DNA of 64,000 nucleotides from an uncultured delta proteobacterium (GTDB lineage: Bacteria > Desulfobacterota > Zymogenia > Zymogenales > Zymogenaceae): the NCBI GenBank assembly GCA_963792965.1, contig CAWBYW010000004.1:192001-256000 (forward strand), read 5' to 3'. Positions within the stretch are counted from its first letter, which is position 1. Every line of letters starts with the position of its first letter. Both the position numbers and the translations under genes were made by a program. Under the pieces are notes generated by a model that was not told where the DNA came from, made no database searches, and worked only from the letters and a program-made list of their open reading frames with translations. This document shows, piece after piece, positions 19,781 through 29,881 of this stretch.

Positions 19781-21178
19781 ATGCAGAAAGAATACCTGAC
19801 GATAAAAGATATTTACGGGCCGCTCGTGATCGTGGAGGAGGTCCAGGGCGTCAAGTACGAGGAGCTGGTATCGGTCCAGCTCAAAAACGGCGATACGAGG
19901 ACCGGTAAGGTTCTCGAGGTCGACGGCGACCGGGCGATGATACAGCTCTTTGAGGGGACGACGGGCGTCGACATCTACACGTCGCGCGTCCGATTCCTCG
20001 GACGAGGTATCCAGATCGCGCTGTCGGAAGACATCCTCGGCCGGGTCTTCGACGGCATGGCAAAACCGATCGACGACGGCCCGAAGATCATCGCTCAAAA
20101 GCGGATGGACATCAACGGAAACCCGATCAACCCCTATGCCCGCGACTATCCAGAAGAATTCATCCAGACCGGCATCTCGGCCATCGACGGCCTCAACACG
20201 CTCGTGCGCGGGCAGAAGCTTCCGATCTTTTCCGGATCAGGCCTCCCGCACAACCGACTGGCCGCCCAGATCGCCCGCCAGGCAAAGGTGCGGGGCACGG
20301 GGGAGGGCTTCGCCGTCGTCTTTGCGGCGATGGGGATCACGTTTGAGGAGGCGAACTACTTTATTTCCGAGTTCAACAAGACCGGCGCCATCGATCGGTC
20401 GGTTCTCTTCCTGAACCTCGCAAACGACCCCGCCCTTGAGCGCGTGGCGACGCCGCGCATGGCGCTCACGGCGGCGGAATACCTCGCATTCGACAGGGGG
20501 ATGCACGTCCTGGTCATCCTCACCGACATGACCAACTACTGCGACGCACTGCGCGAGATCTCGGCCGCCCGCAAGGAAATCCCCGGCAGGCGCGGCTACC
20601 CCGGATACCTCTATACGGATCTGGCCACGCTCTATGAGCGGGCGGGAAAGATACAGGGGAAGGCGGGATCGATCACCCAGATCCCGATCCTCACCATGCC
20701 CGAGGACGACAAGACGCACCCGATCCCGGACCTGACCGGCTATATCACCGAGGGACAGATTATTCTCTCGCGCGTGCTCCTTCGCAAGAACGTCAACCCG
20801 CCCATCGACGTGTTGCCGTCGCTCTCACGGCTCAAGGACAAGGGGATGGGCGCGGACAAGACGAGGGAGGACCACGCGGACGTCAACAACCAGCTCTTCG
20901 CGGCCTACGCCCGCGGAAAGGAGGCCCAGGAGCTGGCCGTCATCCTCGGCGAGGCGGCGCTTTCGGACGTCGACAGGATGTTCTACGATTTTGCCAACAC
21001 GTTCGAGATGCACTACGTCTGTCAGGGCGAGTACGAGGATCGGAGCATCGAGGAGACCCTCGACCTCGGCTGGAAGCTCTTGGCGTCCTTCCCGACGTCG
21101 GAGCTGAAGAGAATACGGCATGAGTACCTCGAAAAGTATCTTCCCCGGTTTAGGAAGGAGGAGAGTGCGGCGGTCTGA
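19781..21178 (+). CDS. atpB: A/V-type ATPase subunit B
   Basis: [43 protein letters not shown]. Confidence 0.97.
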   Translation: MQKEYLTIKDIYGPLVIVEEVQGVKYEELVSVQLKNGDTRTGKVLEVDGDRAMIQLFEGTTGVDIYTSRVRFLGRGIQIALSEDILGRVFDGMAKPIDDGPKIIAQKRMDINGNPINPYARDYPEEFIQTGISAIDGLNTLVRGQKLPIFSGSGLPHNRLAAQIARQAKVRGTGEGFAVVFAAMGITFEEANYFISEFNKTGAIDRSVLFLNLANDPALERVATPRMALTAAEYLAFDRGMHVLVILTDMTNYCDALREISAARKEIPGRRGYPGYLYTDLATLYERAGKIQGKAGSITQIPILTMPEDDKTHPIPDLTGYITEGQIILSRVLLRKNVNPPIDVLPSLSRLKDKGMGADKTREDHADVNNQLFAAYARGKEAQELAVILGEAALSDVDRMFYDFANTFEMHYVCQGEYEDRSIEETLDLGWKLLASFPTSELKRIRHEYLEKYLPRFRKEESAAV

Positions 21179-21237
21179 GGGGAGGGAAATTTTATGGCAA
21201 TTCGATCGTCACCTGTAGAGAAGGATCGCGCATCGGC

Positions 21238-21858
21238 ATGAGACTCAACGTCAACAGCACGCGAATGGAGCTCATGCGCCTGAAAAAGCGCCTCGTCGTC
21301 GCCCAGCGGGGCCACAAGCTCCTCAAGGACAAGCAGGACGAGCTCATGCGCCGCTTCATGGAGATCATCGAGTCCACGAGGTCTATCCGCGTCACGGTCG
21401 AGCGCGACCTCTCCGGTATTCTCAATCGCTTCATCCATATCAATTCCTATATGGGCGCCCAGAAGGTCTTTGAGGCGCTCGTGCTTCCGTCCCTGAGGGT
21501 CGATATCGACGTCACGATGATCTCCATCATGAACGTCAGGGTGCCCGAGTTCGGCTTCAGACAAGAAGGGCCCGTCCGGTGTTACGGCTGGGCCGGCACG
21601 TCCGGGGAGCTCGACCTTTATCTGACGGACCTGGGCAAGATATTCGGGGAAATGATCAGGCTTGCCCAGAACGAGAAACGGGCCGAGCTCCTCGCCGACG
21701 AGATTGTGAAGACGCGGCGGCGCGTCAACGCCCTGGAGTATGTCCTCATCCCCAACATCAAAGAGACGATCCGCTTCATCACGATGAAGCTGGACGAGAT
21801 GGAGCGCTCCAACCTCTCTCGCCTCATGAAGGTCAAGGACATCGTCCGGGCCAAATAG
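21238..21858 (+). CDS. atpD: A/V-type ATPase subunit D
   Basis: TRMELMRLK, RGHKLLKDK, KTRRRVNALE. Confidence 0.96.
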   Translation: MRLNVNSTRMELMRLKKRLVVAQRGHKLLKDKQDELMRRFMEIIESTRSIRVTVERDLSGILNRFIHINSYMGAQKVFEALVLPSLRVDIDVTMISIMNVRVPEFGFRQEGPVRCYGWAGTSGELDLYLTDLGKIFGEMIRLAQNEKRAELLADEIVKTRRRVNALEYVLIPNIKETIRFITMKLDEMERSNLSRLMKVKDIVRAK

Positions 21859-21999
21859 ACTGCGTGCACCAGGCGTGGGAATGACGACTTGTCCTGCCCG
21901 GACATTTGGCGCGAGAAAGACAGCCCGATTCCTTCACCATGATATCCCCTCCTCGGCCGATTGTGTTGTTCTTTAAATCCATGTTATGTGGAGGATAGT

Positions 22000-22356
22000 A
22001 TGTACTGCTCGGTCTGCGGAAAGAAAAATCCCGATGATGCCGGTACGTGCTCCAAATGTGGGGCGGTCCTCGGCCCCGTTTCCGGCGCGTCGGCGGGCTC
22101 ATACCTCCCCAACTATCTTGCCCCGGCGGTCGTCGTCACAATATTCTGCTGTATGCCGCTGGGACTTGTCGCCCTCATCTTCGCCGCCCAGGTCAACGGA
22201 CGGCAGATAGCGGGGGAAGTTGAGAAGGCCCGGGAATCGTCCAAGAGCGCGCGCCTCTGGTGCTGGATCGCCTTCGGGGTGGGGATCGTCTTCTGGACGT
22301 TCTATATTATACTTGTGATCGCCTTGTTGGTCTTCTCCGCGCGGAGAGGGATATGA
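22000..22356 (+). CDS. Zinc-ribbon plus CD225/dispanin family membrane protein
   Basis: MYCSVCG...CSKCG, then PNYLAPAVVVTIFCCMPLGLVALIFAAQV. Confidence 0.85.
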   Translation: MYCSVCGKKNPDDAGTCSKCGAVLGPVSGASAGSYLPNYLAPAVVVTIFCCMPLGLVALIFAAQVNGRQIAGEVEKARESSKSARLWCWIAFGVGIVFWTFYIILVIALLVFSARRGI

Positions 22357-22787
22357 GCCAATCTCCGAATCGGGCCCCCTCATACGCGATCCCGGAAGGG
22401 ATATTGGTTATCGGCGCGGGTCTCGCGATAGTTGCCGCCGGCGTTATCCTCTACGCTGGTGACCCCGCCGTCTCGCCCATCTTCCCTCCCTGTCCCTTCC
22501 ACTGGCTCACCGGCCTCTGGTGCCCCGGGTGCGGGTCGGCGCGGGCGCTCAATGCGATACTGCACGGCCGCATCATGAGTGCGCTTGACCTCAACCCGCT
22601 GTTGGTCATCTCGCTCCCCTTCCTGGCTTACGCCGCCGTTTCGCGGGCGCTCATGGCGCTGTGGGGGAGGGGACTTCCCCGGATATTTACCGGGGCCGCC
22701 TGGGGGTGGCTCGTCCTTTGTGTCGTCGTGGTCTTCTGGGTGGCCCGTAACATCCCCATCTATCCCTTTACGATCCTTGCCCCCTGA
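22353..22787 (+). CDS. DUF2752 family membrane protein
   Basis: PCPFHWLTGLWCPGCGSARA and C-terminal FWVARN; ATGA overlap with the upstream gene. Confidence 0.85.
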   Translation: MSQSPNRAPSYAIPEGILVIGAGLAIVAAGVILYAGDPAVSPIFPPCPFHWLTGLWCPGCGSARALNAILHGRIMSALDLNPLLVISLPFLAYAAVSRALMALWGRGLPRIFTGAAWGWLVLCVVVVFWVARNIPIYPFTILAP

Positions 22788-22964
22788 TTCGTTCCACCCG
22801 GCCGACGCGCTGGATGTGTCGGTACCGCCGTCCCGTCGTCGAAACTCGTTCATTTCCGGGTCCGGCCGGAACAAGGCCGCTCCCGGCATGTCACTATCTT
22901 ATCCCTTGACATCCGAACCGAAATGACATAGCCTATCAATTTATGTGTCGAAAGGAAAAGAGCG

Positions 22965-23792
22965 TTGCATCACAACAACATACCCATCGATTCCAGCGGC
23001 TCCATCGGTGTTTTCGACTCCGGGGTCGGTGGCCTCACGGTGCTGAAGGAGATTGTCCGGGCGCTCCCCGGTGAGGACTGCATCTACTTGGGGGACACTG
23101 CACGGATACCGTACGGCAATAAATCCAAGGACACGGTAACGAAGTTCGCCCTCAAGAATACCGAGTTTCTCGTGTCCCTCGGCATAAAGTTTCTCGTCGT
23201 CGCGTGCAACACCGCGGCCTCGGCGGGGATGGACGCCGTCAGGGACCAGTACGATATCCCCACGATCGGCGTCATCAGCCCCGAGGCGCGGCGGGCGGCG
23301 GCGGTCACAAAGAACAAGACGGTGGGCGTGATCGGGACAAGGGCGACCATCGGCAGCGGGGCGTACGAGCGTGCTATCCATGGATATGATCCGGACATCA
23401 CGGTCTTAACGAGGCCATGTCCCCTTTTTGTCCCGCTGGCCGAGGAGGGGTGGTTCGAGGACGAGATCACGCTCCAGGTCGCGGAGCGCTACCTGATGGA
23501 TCTTTCCGACAAGGGGATGGACACCCTTGTCCTCGGCTGCACCCACTATCCCCTCCTCAGGAAGGTGATAGCAGAGGCGGTTGGCTATGACGTGACCCTC
23601 GTCGATTCGGCCATCCCGATCGCCCGGGAGGTCAGGGAGACCCTCGATTCGAAGGGGCTGCTTCAAGGCGACGGGCGCAAGCGGAAGCTCACCTTCTACG
23701 TGACGGACGACCCGAAGAGCTTTAGGCGGGTGGGGGAAGCATTCCTCGGATTTCCACTGGATGACGTTCAGCATGTGGATATCGTGGTCTGA
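22965..23792 (+). CDS. murI: Glutamate racemase
   Basis: IGVFDSGVGGLTV, PYG.KS, VACNTA, LGCTHYP. Confidence 0.97.
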   Translation: MHHNNIPIDSSGSIGVFDSGVGGLTVLKEIVRALPGEDCIYLGDTARIPYGNKSKDTVTKFALKNTEFLVSLGIKFLVVACNTAASAGMDAVRDQYDIPTIGVISPEARRAAAVTKNKTVGVIGTRATIGSGAYERAIHGYDPDITVLTRPCPLFVPLAEEGWFEDEITLQVAERYLMDLSDKGMDTLVLGCTHYPLLRKVIAEAVGYDVTLVDSAIPIAREVRETLDSKGLLQGDGRKRKLTFYVTDDPKSFRRVGEAFLGFPLDDVQHVDIVV

Positions 23793-23824
23793 TTTCAAAT
23801 CTTCTATTCGTATGATATGGTGCT

Positions 23825-25864
23825 ATGGCTGGCGAAGGAAGACTAAAAAAGATCCGAAACATCGGGATCATATCCCATATCGACGCCGGAAAAACCACCG
23901 TCACCGAGCGTATCCTCTATTACACGGGGGTATCCTATAAGATCGGAGAGGTGCACAACGGCGAGGCGATCATGGACTGGATGCCCCAGGAACAAGAGCG
24001 GGGCATCACCATCACAAGCGCCACCACCACCTGCCAGTGGCGCGGCCATGAAATCCACATTATCGATACCCCCGGGCACGTAGACTTCACCATGGAGGTG
24101 GAGCGATCGTTGCGTGTCCTGGACGGGGCGATCGCGATCTTTTCCGCCGTGGAGGGTGTGGAGCCCCAATCGGAGACGGTATGGCACCAGGCCGACCGGT
24201 ACGGGGTTCCTCGGATCGCCTTTATCAACAAGATGGACCGGGTCGGGGCCGATCTCTTCGCGGTCCTGGATATGATCGTCGAGAAATTAGGCGTCAGGCC
24301 GCTCCTCATGCAGCTTCCCATCGGGACGGAGAGCGGCTTCTCCGGCGTGATCGATCTTGTTACCATGACGGCGCTCTCGTTTTCCGAGGAAGACCTCGGC
24401 GTCACGGTGCTCAGGTCCGAGGTCCCCCAGAATCTGAGGGACGAGGCGGCGCGGATGAGGGAGAAGGTGCTGGAGACGGCGGCGGACCTCGACGACGAGC
24501 TCGCCGAGAAGTACCTCGAAGGGGAAGAGCTTGCCCCCGCCGAGATCATCGCCGCCCTCAGAAAAGGGGTCGTCGGCGCAATATTCGTCCCGGTTTTTCT
24601 CGGCTCCGGGCTCAAGAACAAGGGCATCCAGCCGCTGTTGGACGGCGTTGTCGATCTTCTTCCCTCTCCCCTCGACGTGCCGCCGGTGGAAGGGACCAAT
24701 CCCGCCACCGGCCGTCCCGAGACGAGGGCAAGCAGCGACGGCGCCCCGCTGGCGGCCCTCGCCTTCAAGGTGCAGGTCGACGCGGGGAGGAAGGTAACCT
24801 ATTTCCGCATCTACTCGGGAGTGCTCAAGACGGGAGAAGAAGTCTATAACCCGCGGCTGAAGCAGGGGGAGAAGATCGCCCGCCTTTTAAAGATCCACGC
24901 CAACCGGAAGGAGCGGATCGAATCGGCACGGGCGGGGGATATCGCGGCGGCCATGGGCCTCAAGGACACCACCACGGGGGATACGCTCTGCGACCGGGGC
25001 CACCCGATCATCCTTGAGTCGATCTCCTCCATGGAGCCGGTCATCAGCATGGCGATCGAGCCGAAGACCGTGCTGGACCAGGAGAAACTGGCGGTCTCTC
25101 TTGACAAGCTGGTCGAGGAGGACCCGACGCTCCGGGTTGCCGTCAGTGAGGATACCGGCCAGACGATCGTCTCGGGGATGGGGGAACTCCACCTCGAGAT
25201 CCTCGTAGACCGCCTGAACCGGGAGTTCAACGTGGCGGCAAACGTGGGCAAGCCCCAGGTCGTCTACCGGGAGACGATCACGCAGCCGTCGGTTTCGGAC
25301 GTCACCATCGACCGGGACATCGCCGGCCAGCCGCGTTACGCCAAGCTCTCGGTGCTCCTTGAGCCCCTCGAGCGGGGAAAGGGCGTGGACGTCAAGAGCC
25401 GGATCGGGGAAGACAGCCTGCCGGACCGGTTCATCGACGCGGCGCTCACCGGGATGAGCGACGCCGCGACGTCCGGGCCGATTCTCGGTTACCCCCTCCA
25501 CGATGTGAAGATACGATTGATATCGGCCGAAAAAAGAGACGGTGTCAGCGATGAGCTGGCCTTCTCGATCGCCTCCGGGATGGCGGTGAAGGAAGCGGCC
25601 CGCGCCGCACACCCCATCCTCCTTGAGCCGATCATGCTGGTCGATATCGTCACCCCGGAGGAGTTTATGGGCGAGATCATCGGTGATTTAAACGCCCGCG
25701 GCGGACATCTGAGGAATATCGATACCCGGGGCAAAATCAAGGACATACGAGTGGACGTCCCTCTCTCGAAAATGTTCGGCTATTCGACGAGCCTGAGGTC
25801 ATTGAGCCAGGGGAGGGCGACCTTTACCATGCATTTTTCCCGCTTCGATAAGGTGGAGGGATGA
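23825..25864 (+). CDS. fusA: Elongation factor G paralog, outside the str operon
   Basis: [33 protein letters not shown]; divergent domain IV. Confidence 0.9.
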   Translation: MAGEGRLKKIRNIGIISHIDAGKTTVTERILYYTGVSYKIGEVHNGEAIMDWMPQEQERGITITSATTTCQWRGHEIHIIDTPGHVDFTMEVERSLRVLDGAIAIFSAVEGVEPQSETVWHQADRYGVPRIAFINKMDRVGADLFAVLDMIVEKLGVRPLLMQLPIGTESGFSGVIDLVTMTALSFSEEDLGVTVLRSEVPQNLRDEAARMREKVLETAADLDDELAEKYLEGEELAPAEIIAALRKGVVGAIFVPVFLGSGLKNKGIQPLLDGVVDLLPSPLDVPPVEGTNPATGRPETRASSDGAPLAALAFKVQVDAGRKVTYFRIYSGVLKTGEEVYNPRLKQGEKIARLLKIHANRKERIESARAGDIAAAMGLKDTTTGDTLCDRGHPIILESISSMEPVISMAIEPKTVLDQEKLAVSLDKLVEEDPTLRVAVSEDTGQTIVSGMGELHLEILVDRLNREFNVAANVGKPQVVYRETITQPSVSDVTIDRDIAGQPRYAKLSVLLEPLERGKGVDVKSRIGEDSLPDRFIDAALTGMSDAATSGPILGYPLHDVKIRLISAEKRDGVSDELAFSIASGMAVKEAARAAHPILLEPIMLVDIVTPEEFMGEIIGDLNARGGHLRNIDTRGKIKDIRVDVPLSKMFGYSTSLRSLSQGRATFTMHFSRFDKVEG

Positions 25865-25865
25865 G

Positions 25866-26627
25866 ATGAAAAGACTATTCTACCATTTGATCTTCCCGCT
25901 CTACCTCCCGTTCTTCTTTTTTTTCGTTATGGTGAGCACGCTGTTCTTGGGCAGCATCGTGATTATCATGGCCTTCATACCGGGGCTTGATCCCAAGAAG
26001 GATCTCGGAAACTGGATCGGCCGCCTCTGGTCATGGATGGACCTCGGGCTCTCGGGAACGAGGGTTTGGATGAGGGGCGAGCAAAAGATCGACCGGCATC
26101 GGTCCTATATCGTCATGTCGAATCACCAGAGCCATTTCGACGTGTGGGCGCTCATCGCCTACATACCGCTCCAGCTGCGCTGGGTCATGAAGATTGAGCT
26201 TCGCTCGATCCCGATATTCGGGCTTGGATGCGAGAAGCTCGGGATGATCTACGTGGATCGGGGCGATTCGGAGAAGGCGCATAGAAGTCTCGAGACCGCA
26301 AAGGATAAAATCAGGGCGGGGGCTTCGGTGGTTTTCTTTCCCGAGGGGACGCGGAGCTCCGACGGGAAAATCCAGGACTTCAAAAAGGGCGGCTTCGTAA
26401 TGGCGCTGGCCACCGAGACCCCGATCCTTCCGATCACCATAAACGGGAGCCGCTACGCCTTCCCCAAGGGTATGCCGCTCCTCATGAAACCGGGGAAAAT
26501 CCAGATCATCATCCACGATCCCATAGAGGTATCGGGCCTTAGGTACGAGGACAGGGATGAATTGATGAGAAAAGTCCGCAAGGTCATCGAAAAGGACCTC
26601 GATCTTGAATACGGAAAGCTCCCGTAA
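25866..26627 (+). CDS. plsC: 1-acyl-sn-glycerol-3-phosphate acyltransferase
   Basis: NHQSHFD, FFPEGTRS, FKKGGF. Confidence 0.9.
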   Translation: MKRLFYHLIFPLYLPFFFFFVMVSTLFLGSIVIIMAFIPGLDPKKDLGNWIGRLWSWMDLGLSGTRVWMRGEQKIDRHRSYIVMSNHQSHFDVWALIAYIPLQLRWVMKIELRSIPIFGLGCEKLGMIYVDRGDSEKAHRSLETAKDKIRAGASVVFFPEGTRSSDGKIQDFKKGGFVMALATETPILPITINGSRYAFPKGMPLLMKPGKIQIIIHDPIEVSGLRYEDRDELMRKVRKVIEKDLDLEYGKLP

Positions 26628-26802
26628 GAAACCGAGGGGCGTTCTCGAGCGACGCGCGTGTTGTCTTGTGCCACGCGATTTCGTGAAAGTGTGTCCTGTT
26701 TGTCGTTCCTCCGCTTAGGGCCGATGACAAGGTGATGCCGGCGGTGCGACGCGTGGGCGCAATGCCCTGTTTTCCAAAAGAAATCTCCAGGAAGGAAAAG
26801 GC

Positions 26803-28830
26803 ATGAAAAGGAATATTGTTTTTCTCGTTATTATTTCCCTCCTCTTTCTCGCCGTTCCCATCGTCACGGCGGCCGAAAACGACCCGGACGCGCTCTTTTC
26901 CTCGGGCGTCGACGCCTTCAATGCCGGAAAGTATGATGAGGCGGTCTCGATCTGGGAGCGGACGCTGCCGCTCTATAAGGCCAACGGCGATATCGAGCAC
27001 GAGGCGATGGTCAAGAACAACCTTGGGCTCGTCCATTTCTACATGCGCGAGTACCAAAAGGCGATTGACTATTTTACCTCAGCCCTTGCCATCGACCGAA
27101 AGCGGGGGATATCTAAAGATATCGCGACCGACCTGCAGAACCTCGGCATGGCCTATTATCAGATGGGGAGCTATCAGGAAGCGCTGGCGGCGTTTCGTGA
27201 GTCGGCCGAGACATTCGGATCCGTCTCCGACCCCGAGGGTGAGGCAAAGAACCTCTATTACATCGGCATGACCGACTACGCCCTTGGAAACTACGTCGAG
27301 GCGGGACGCTTCTACTCGGCGGCGGCCGACCAGCACCGCAGCCTGAGGGACAGGGCAGGCTACGCGCTCGATATCACGGGGCTGGGCGACGTCTACGCGG
27401 CGCTCGACCGATTTGACAAGGCGATGGAGAACTATACTGAGGTCCTTAAGGTCAGAGAAGTATTGGGCGAAAAGGTCCCGTACGTCCGTGCGGAGATCAA
27501 GATCGCCAAGGCCCTGGAGAACAAGGGGCGGTACGATGAGGGCATAGAATACCTCAATCGCGCCCAGAAAGACGCCAAAGACGCAAAGAGCGAGCCGTTA
27601 CTGGGCGATATCGCCGCGGCGCGTGGAGATATCCTCAATTCATCGGGAGACTGGGAGGGGGCGCTCGCCGCTTACGAGGAAGCGATCTCGCTCATGAAAA
27701 AGGGGGACGACCTTGCCGGCGTGGGGTTGGTCCTGACCGATAAGGGAATACTCCTTGGCGAGCTCTTGAGGTTTTCCGATGCAAAGAAATCGTTCGAGGA
27801 TGCACGGCTCATCTATCAGGTGACAAAAGATACGAAAAACGAGGCGAAGGTCGTCGTCAACCTCGGGAACCTCATGAACACGGAGGGGAACCTCGATGCC
27901 GCCCTTACCTACTACGGGGAGGCCCAGAAGCTCCTCGGGACAGAGACGTCACGCGTAGTGAGCGGGGTGAACCTGCTGGGTATCGGCGAGGTCTACCTGT
28001 GGCAAAAGGAGTATAAGAAGGCGCGGACGGCTTTCACCGACGCCGGCAAGCTCGTCAATGATGAGCGCGACAAGCGGTACGAGGCCAAGATCGACGCATA
28101 TATGGGGCTTCTGGACTACCTGGAAGGCAGCTACGCTTCGGCGCTCACGAGGTTCAATACCTCTCTTTCCATCCTGAGGAAAGAGAACAACGGGATGCTT
28201 GTGTCCGATATCCTTGTCGGCACCGGGATGGCGCTTCTTAAGACGAAGCGGCCTGAGGTAGCGGCGGGATACTTTCTCGAGGCCAAGCGGCTTGCCGACG
28301 ACCTGGTGATCCCGCCCGTCGGTTGGCGCGCGGTATATTGCGACGGGCTGGTGAAAGAACAGGCCAAGGATGCGGCAACGGCGCTTGCCCGGTACGAGGA
28401 CGCCCTCTTCCGCTACACGGGTGTGCCGGAGGTATCCATCAACCTCTATGGGGCGCGGATGATTACAGCCGGCGATCTCTTCGAGAGCCTGGCCGCCGCC
28501 TATGTGGCCAATGGGGATGCCGGAAAGGCGGATACGGTCATGAAAAAGAAGGCGGGCATGGAAAAGATCATTTCGCTCTTTACCGTCTCCACCCCGGAGT
28601 TCACGGGAAAGGAAGAGAAGGCCATCGTGAGGCTGAAAGACGCCGTCGGCGAGATCAATTACCTCGACAGGCGGCTTGCCGACGACGAATATCTAAAGGG
28701 GAACAACACCGAGCTCTTCACCAAGAAGCTTCTCTCCGCCCAGGGGAAATATCTGACGGTGCTGGACGACATCAAAAGCGACGCGCCATCGCTGTGGGAC
28801 ACATACTTCCGGGATGTGTATGAACAATAG
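26803..28830 (+). CDS. Secreted tetratricopeptide-repeat protein
   Basis: Signal peptide MKRNIVFLVII...AA, followed by many roughly 40-aa TPR units (NNLG..., GxYxxA). Confidence 0.85.
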   Translation: MKRNIVFLVIISLLFLAVPIVTAAENDPDALFSSGVDAFNAGKYDEAVSIWERTLPLYKANGDIEHEAMVKNNLGLVHFYMREYQKAIDYFTSALAIDRKRGISKDIATDLQNLGMAYYQMGSYQEALAAFRESAETFGSVSDPEGEAKNLYYIGMTDYALGNYVEAGRFYSAAADQHRSLRDRAGYALDITGLGDVYAALDRFDKAMENYTEVLKVREVLGEKVPYVRAEIKIAKALENKGRYDEGIEYLNRAQKDAKDAKSEPLLGDIAAARGDILNSSGDWEGALAAYEEAISLMKKGDDLAGVGLVLTDKGILLGELLRFSDAKKSFEDARLIYQVTKDTKNEAKVVVNLGNLMNTEGNLDAALTYYGEAQKLLGTETSRVVSGVNLLGIGEVYLWQKEYKKARTAFTDAGKLVNDERDKRYEAKIDAYMGLLDYLEGSYASALTRFNTSLSILRKENNGMLVSDILVGTGMALLKTKRPEVAAGYFLEAKRLADDLVIPPVGWRAVYCDGLVKEQAKDAATALARYEDALFRYTGVPEVSINLYGARMITAGDLFESLAAAYVANGDAGKADTVMKKKAGMEKIISLFTVSTPEFTGKEEKAIVRLKDAVGEINYLDRRLADDEYLKGNNTELFTKKLLSAQGKYLTVLDDIKSDAPSLWDTYFRDVYEQ

Positions 28831-28902
28831 TCGGGGCGCCGCGATAGAGAGGCCCTCTCTCCGTTCGGCTTTCTCCGACGGGGATTACGGGGAGACTATC
28901 AT

Positions 28903-29748
28903 ATGAAGGGCCTTCCCGCTATGGAGGCGCTCAGGAAATACGGAAAGGCGCCTTTTAGTGTGGCGGTCGTCCACGGCGGCCCGGGCGCGGCGGGAGAGAT
29001 GGCTCCGGTTGCCCGAAGGCTCGCGTCCGGCCGGGGCGTGTTGGAGCCGCTTCAGCACGCGGTGTCTGTCGAGGGACAAGTCGAGGAGCTGAGGGATACC
29101 CTGGAAAAAAACGGAGACCCTCCGATCACCCTGATCGGCTTTTCGTGGGGCGCGTGGCTCAGTCTGATAATCGCCGGCCGATTTCCCGCGCTTATCAGAA
29201 AGCTGATACTGATCGGGTGCGCCGGTATTGAAGAGAAAAATGCCGAACAGACCCAAGAAACCAGGACAAACCGTCTCAGTGCCCAAGAGAGAGAAGAGGT
29301 CTCATCACTCGACGACATCCTGCGTGATCCCAAAGCCGGGGATAAAAATGCCGCTTTTGAGCGGCTTGGTGTACTATTTTCAAAAGCCGATGCGTTTGAT
29401 CCAATCGCGGTCAAGTCGAGCAGCCACAGCGAGACCGAGCTTCGTGCCGATATCTTCGACGGGGTGTGGAGGGATGCCGCCCGATTGAGAAGGAGCGGGA
29501 AGCTGTTGGAGCTGACGAAATCCGTTCGGTGCCCCGTGGTCGCCATCCACGGAGACTACGATCCTCACCCGGCCGATGCCGTGGAAGAGACGCTGTCGGC
29601 GTCTCTTGAGACCTTTCGATTTATCCTTCTGAAGAGGTGCGGGCACATGCCGTGGATAGAGCGGCACACCCGGGAACGGTTCTTCGAAATCCTGGAAGAG
29701 GAATTGAGCGCAGCGGACCCGGATATCGTGACAGAAGGGCTCGGATGA
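28903..29748 (+). CDS. Alpha/beta-fold hydrolase
   Basis: HGGPG, GFSWG nucleophile elbow, HGDYD, CGH.PW. Confidence 0.9.
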   Translation: MKGLPAMEALRKYGKAPFSVAVVHGGPGAAGEMAPVARRLASGRGVLEPLQHAVSVEGQVEELRDTLEKNGDPPITLIGFSWGAWLSLIIAGRFPALIRKLILIGCAGIEEKNAEQTQETRTNRLSAQEREEVSSLDDILRDPKAGDKNAAFERLGVLFSKADAFDPIAVKSSSHSETELRADIFDGVWRDAARLRRSGKLLELTKSVRCPVVAIHGDYDPHPADAVEETLSASLETFRFILLKRCGHMPWIERHTRERFFEILEEELSAADPDIVTEGLG

Positions 29749-29796
29749 CGAGTGCATCCGGCGGTTGGACAGACATCGTTCATCATCCCGCAGACA

Positions 29797-29833
29797 AGAA
29801 AAGGGGAGGTAAAACCTCCCCTTTTCTCTTTTT
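29797..29833. terminator. Bidirectional intrinsic terminator
   Basis: AGAAAAGGGGAGGT-AAA-ACCTCCCCTTTTCT between convergent genes. Confidence 0.8.
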
Positions 29834-29881
29834 CGTTTCCTGTCGGCAGGGGCCCTTCAGGCACCCCGAGCCGTCCGGGAG

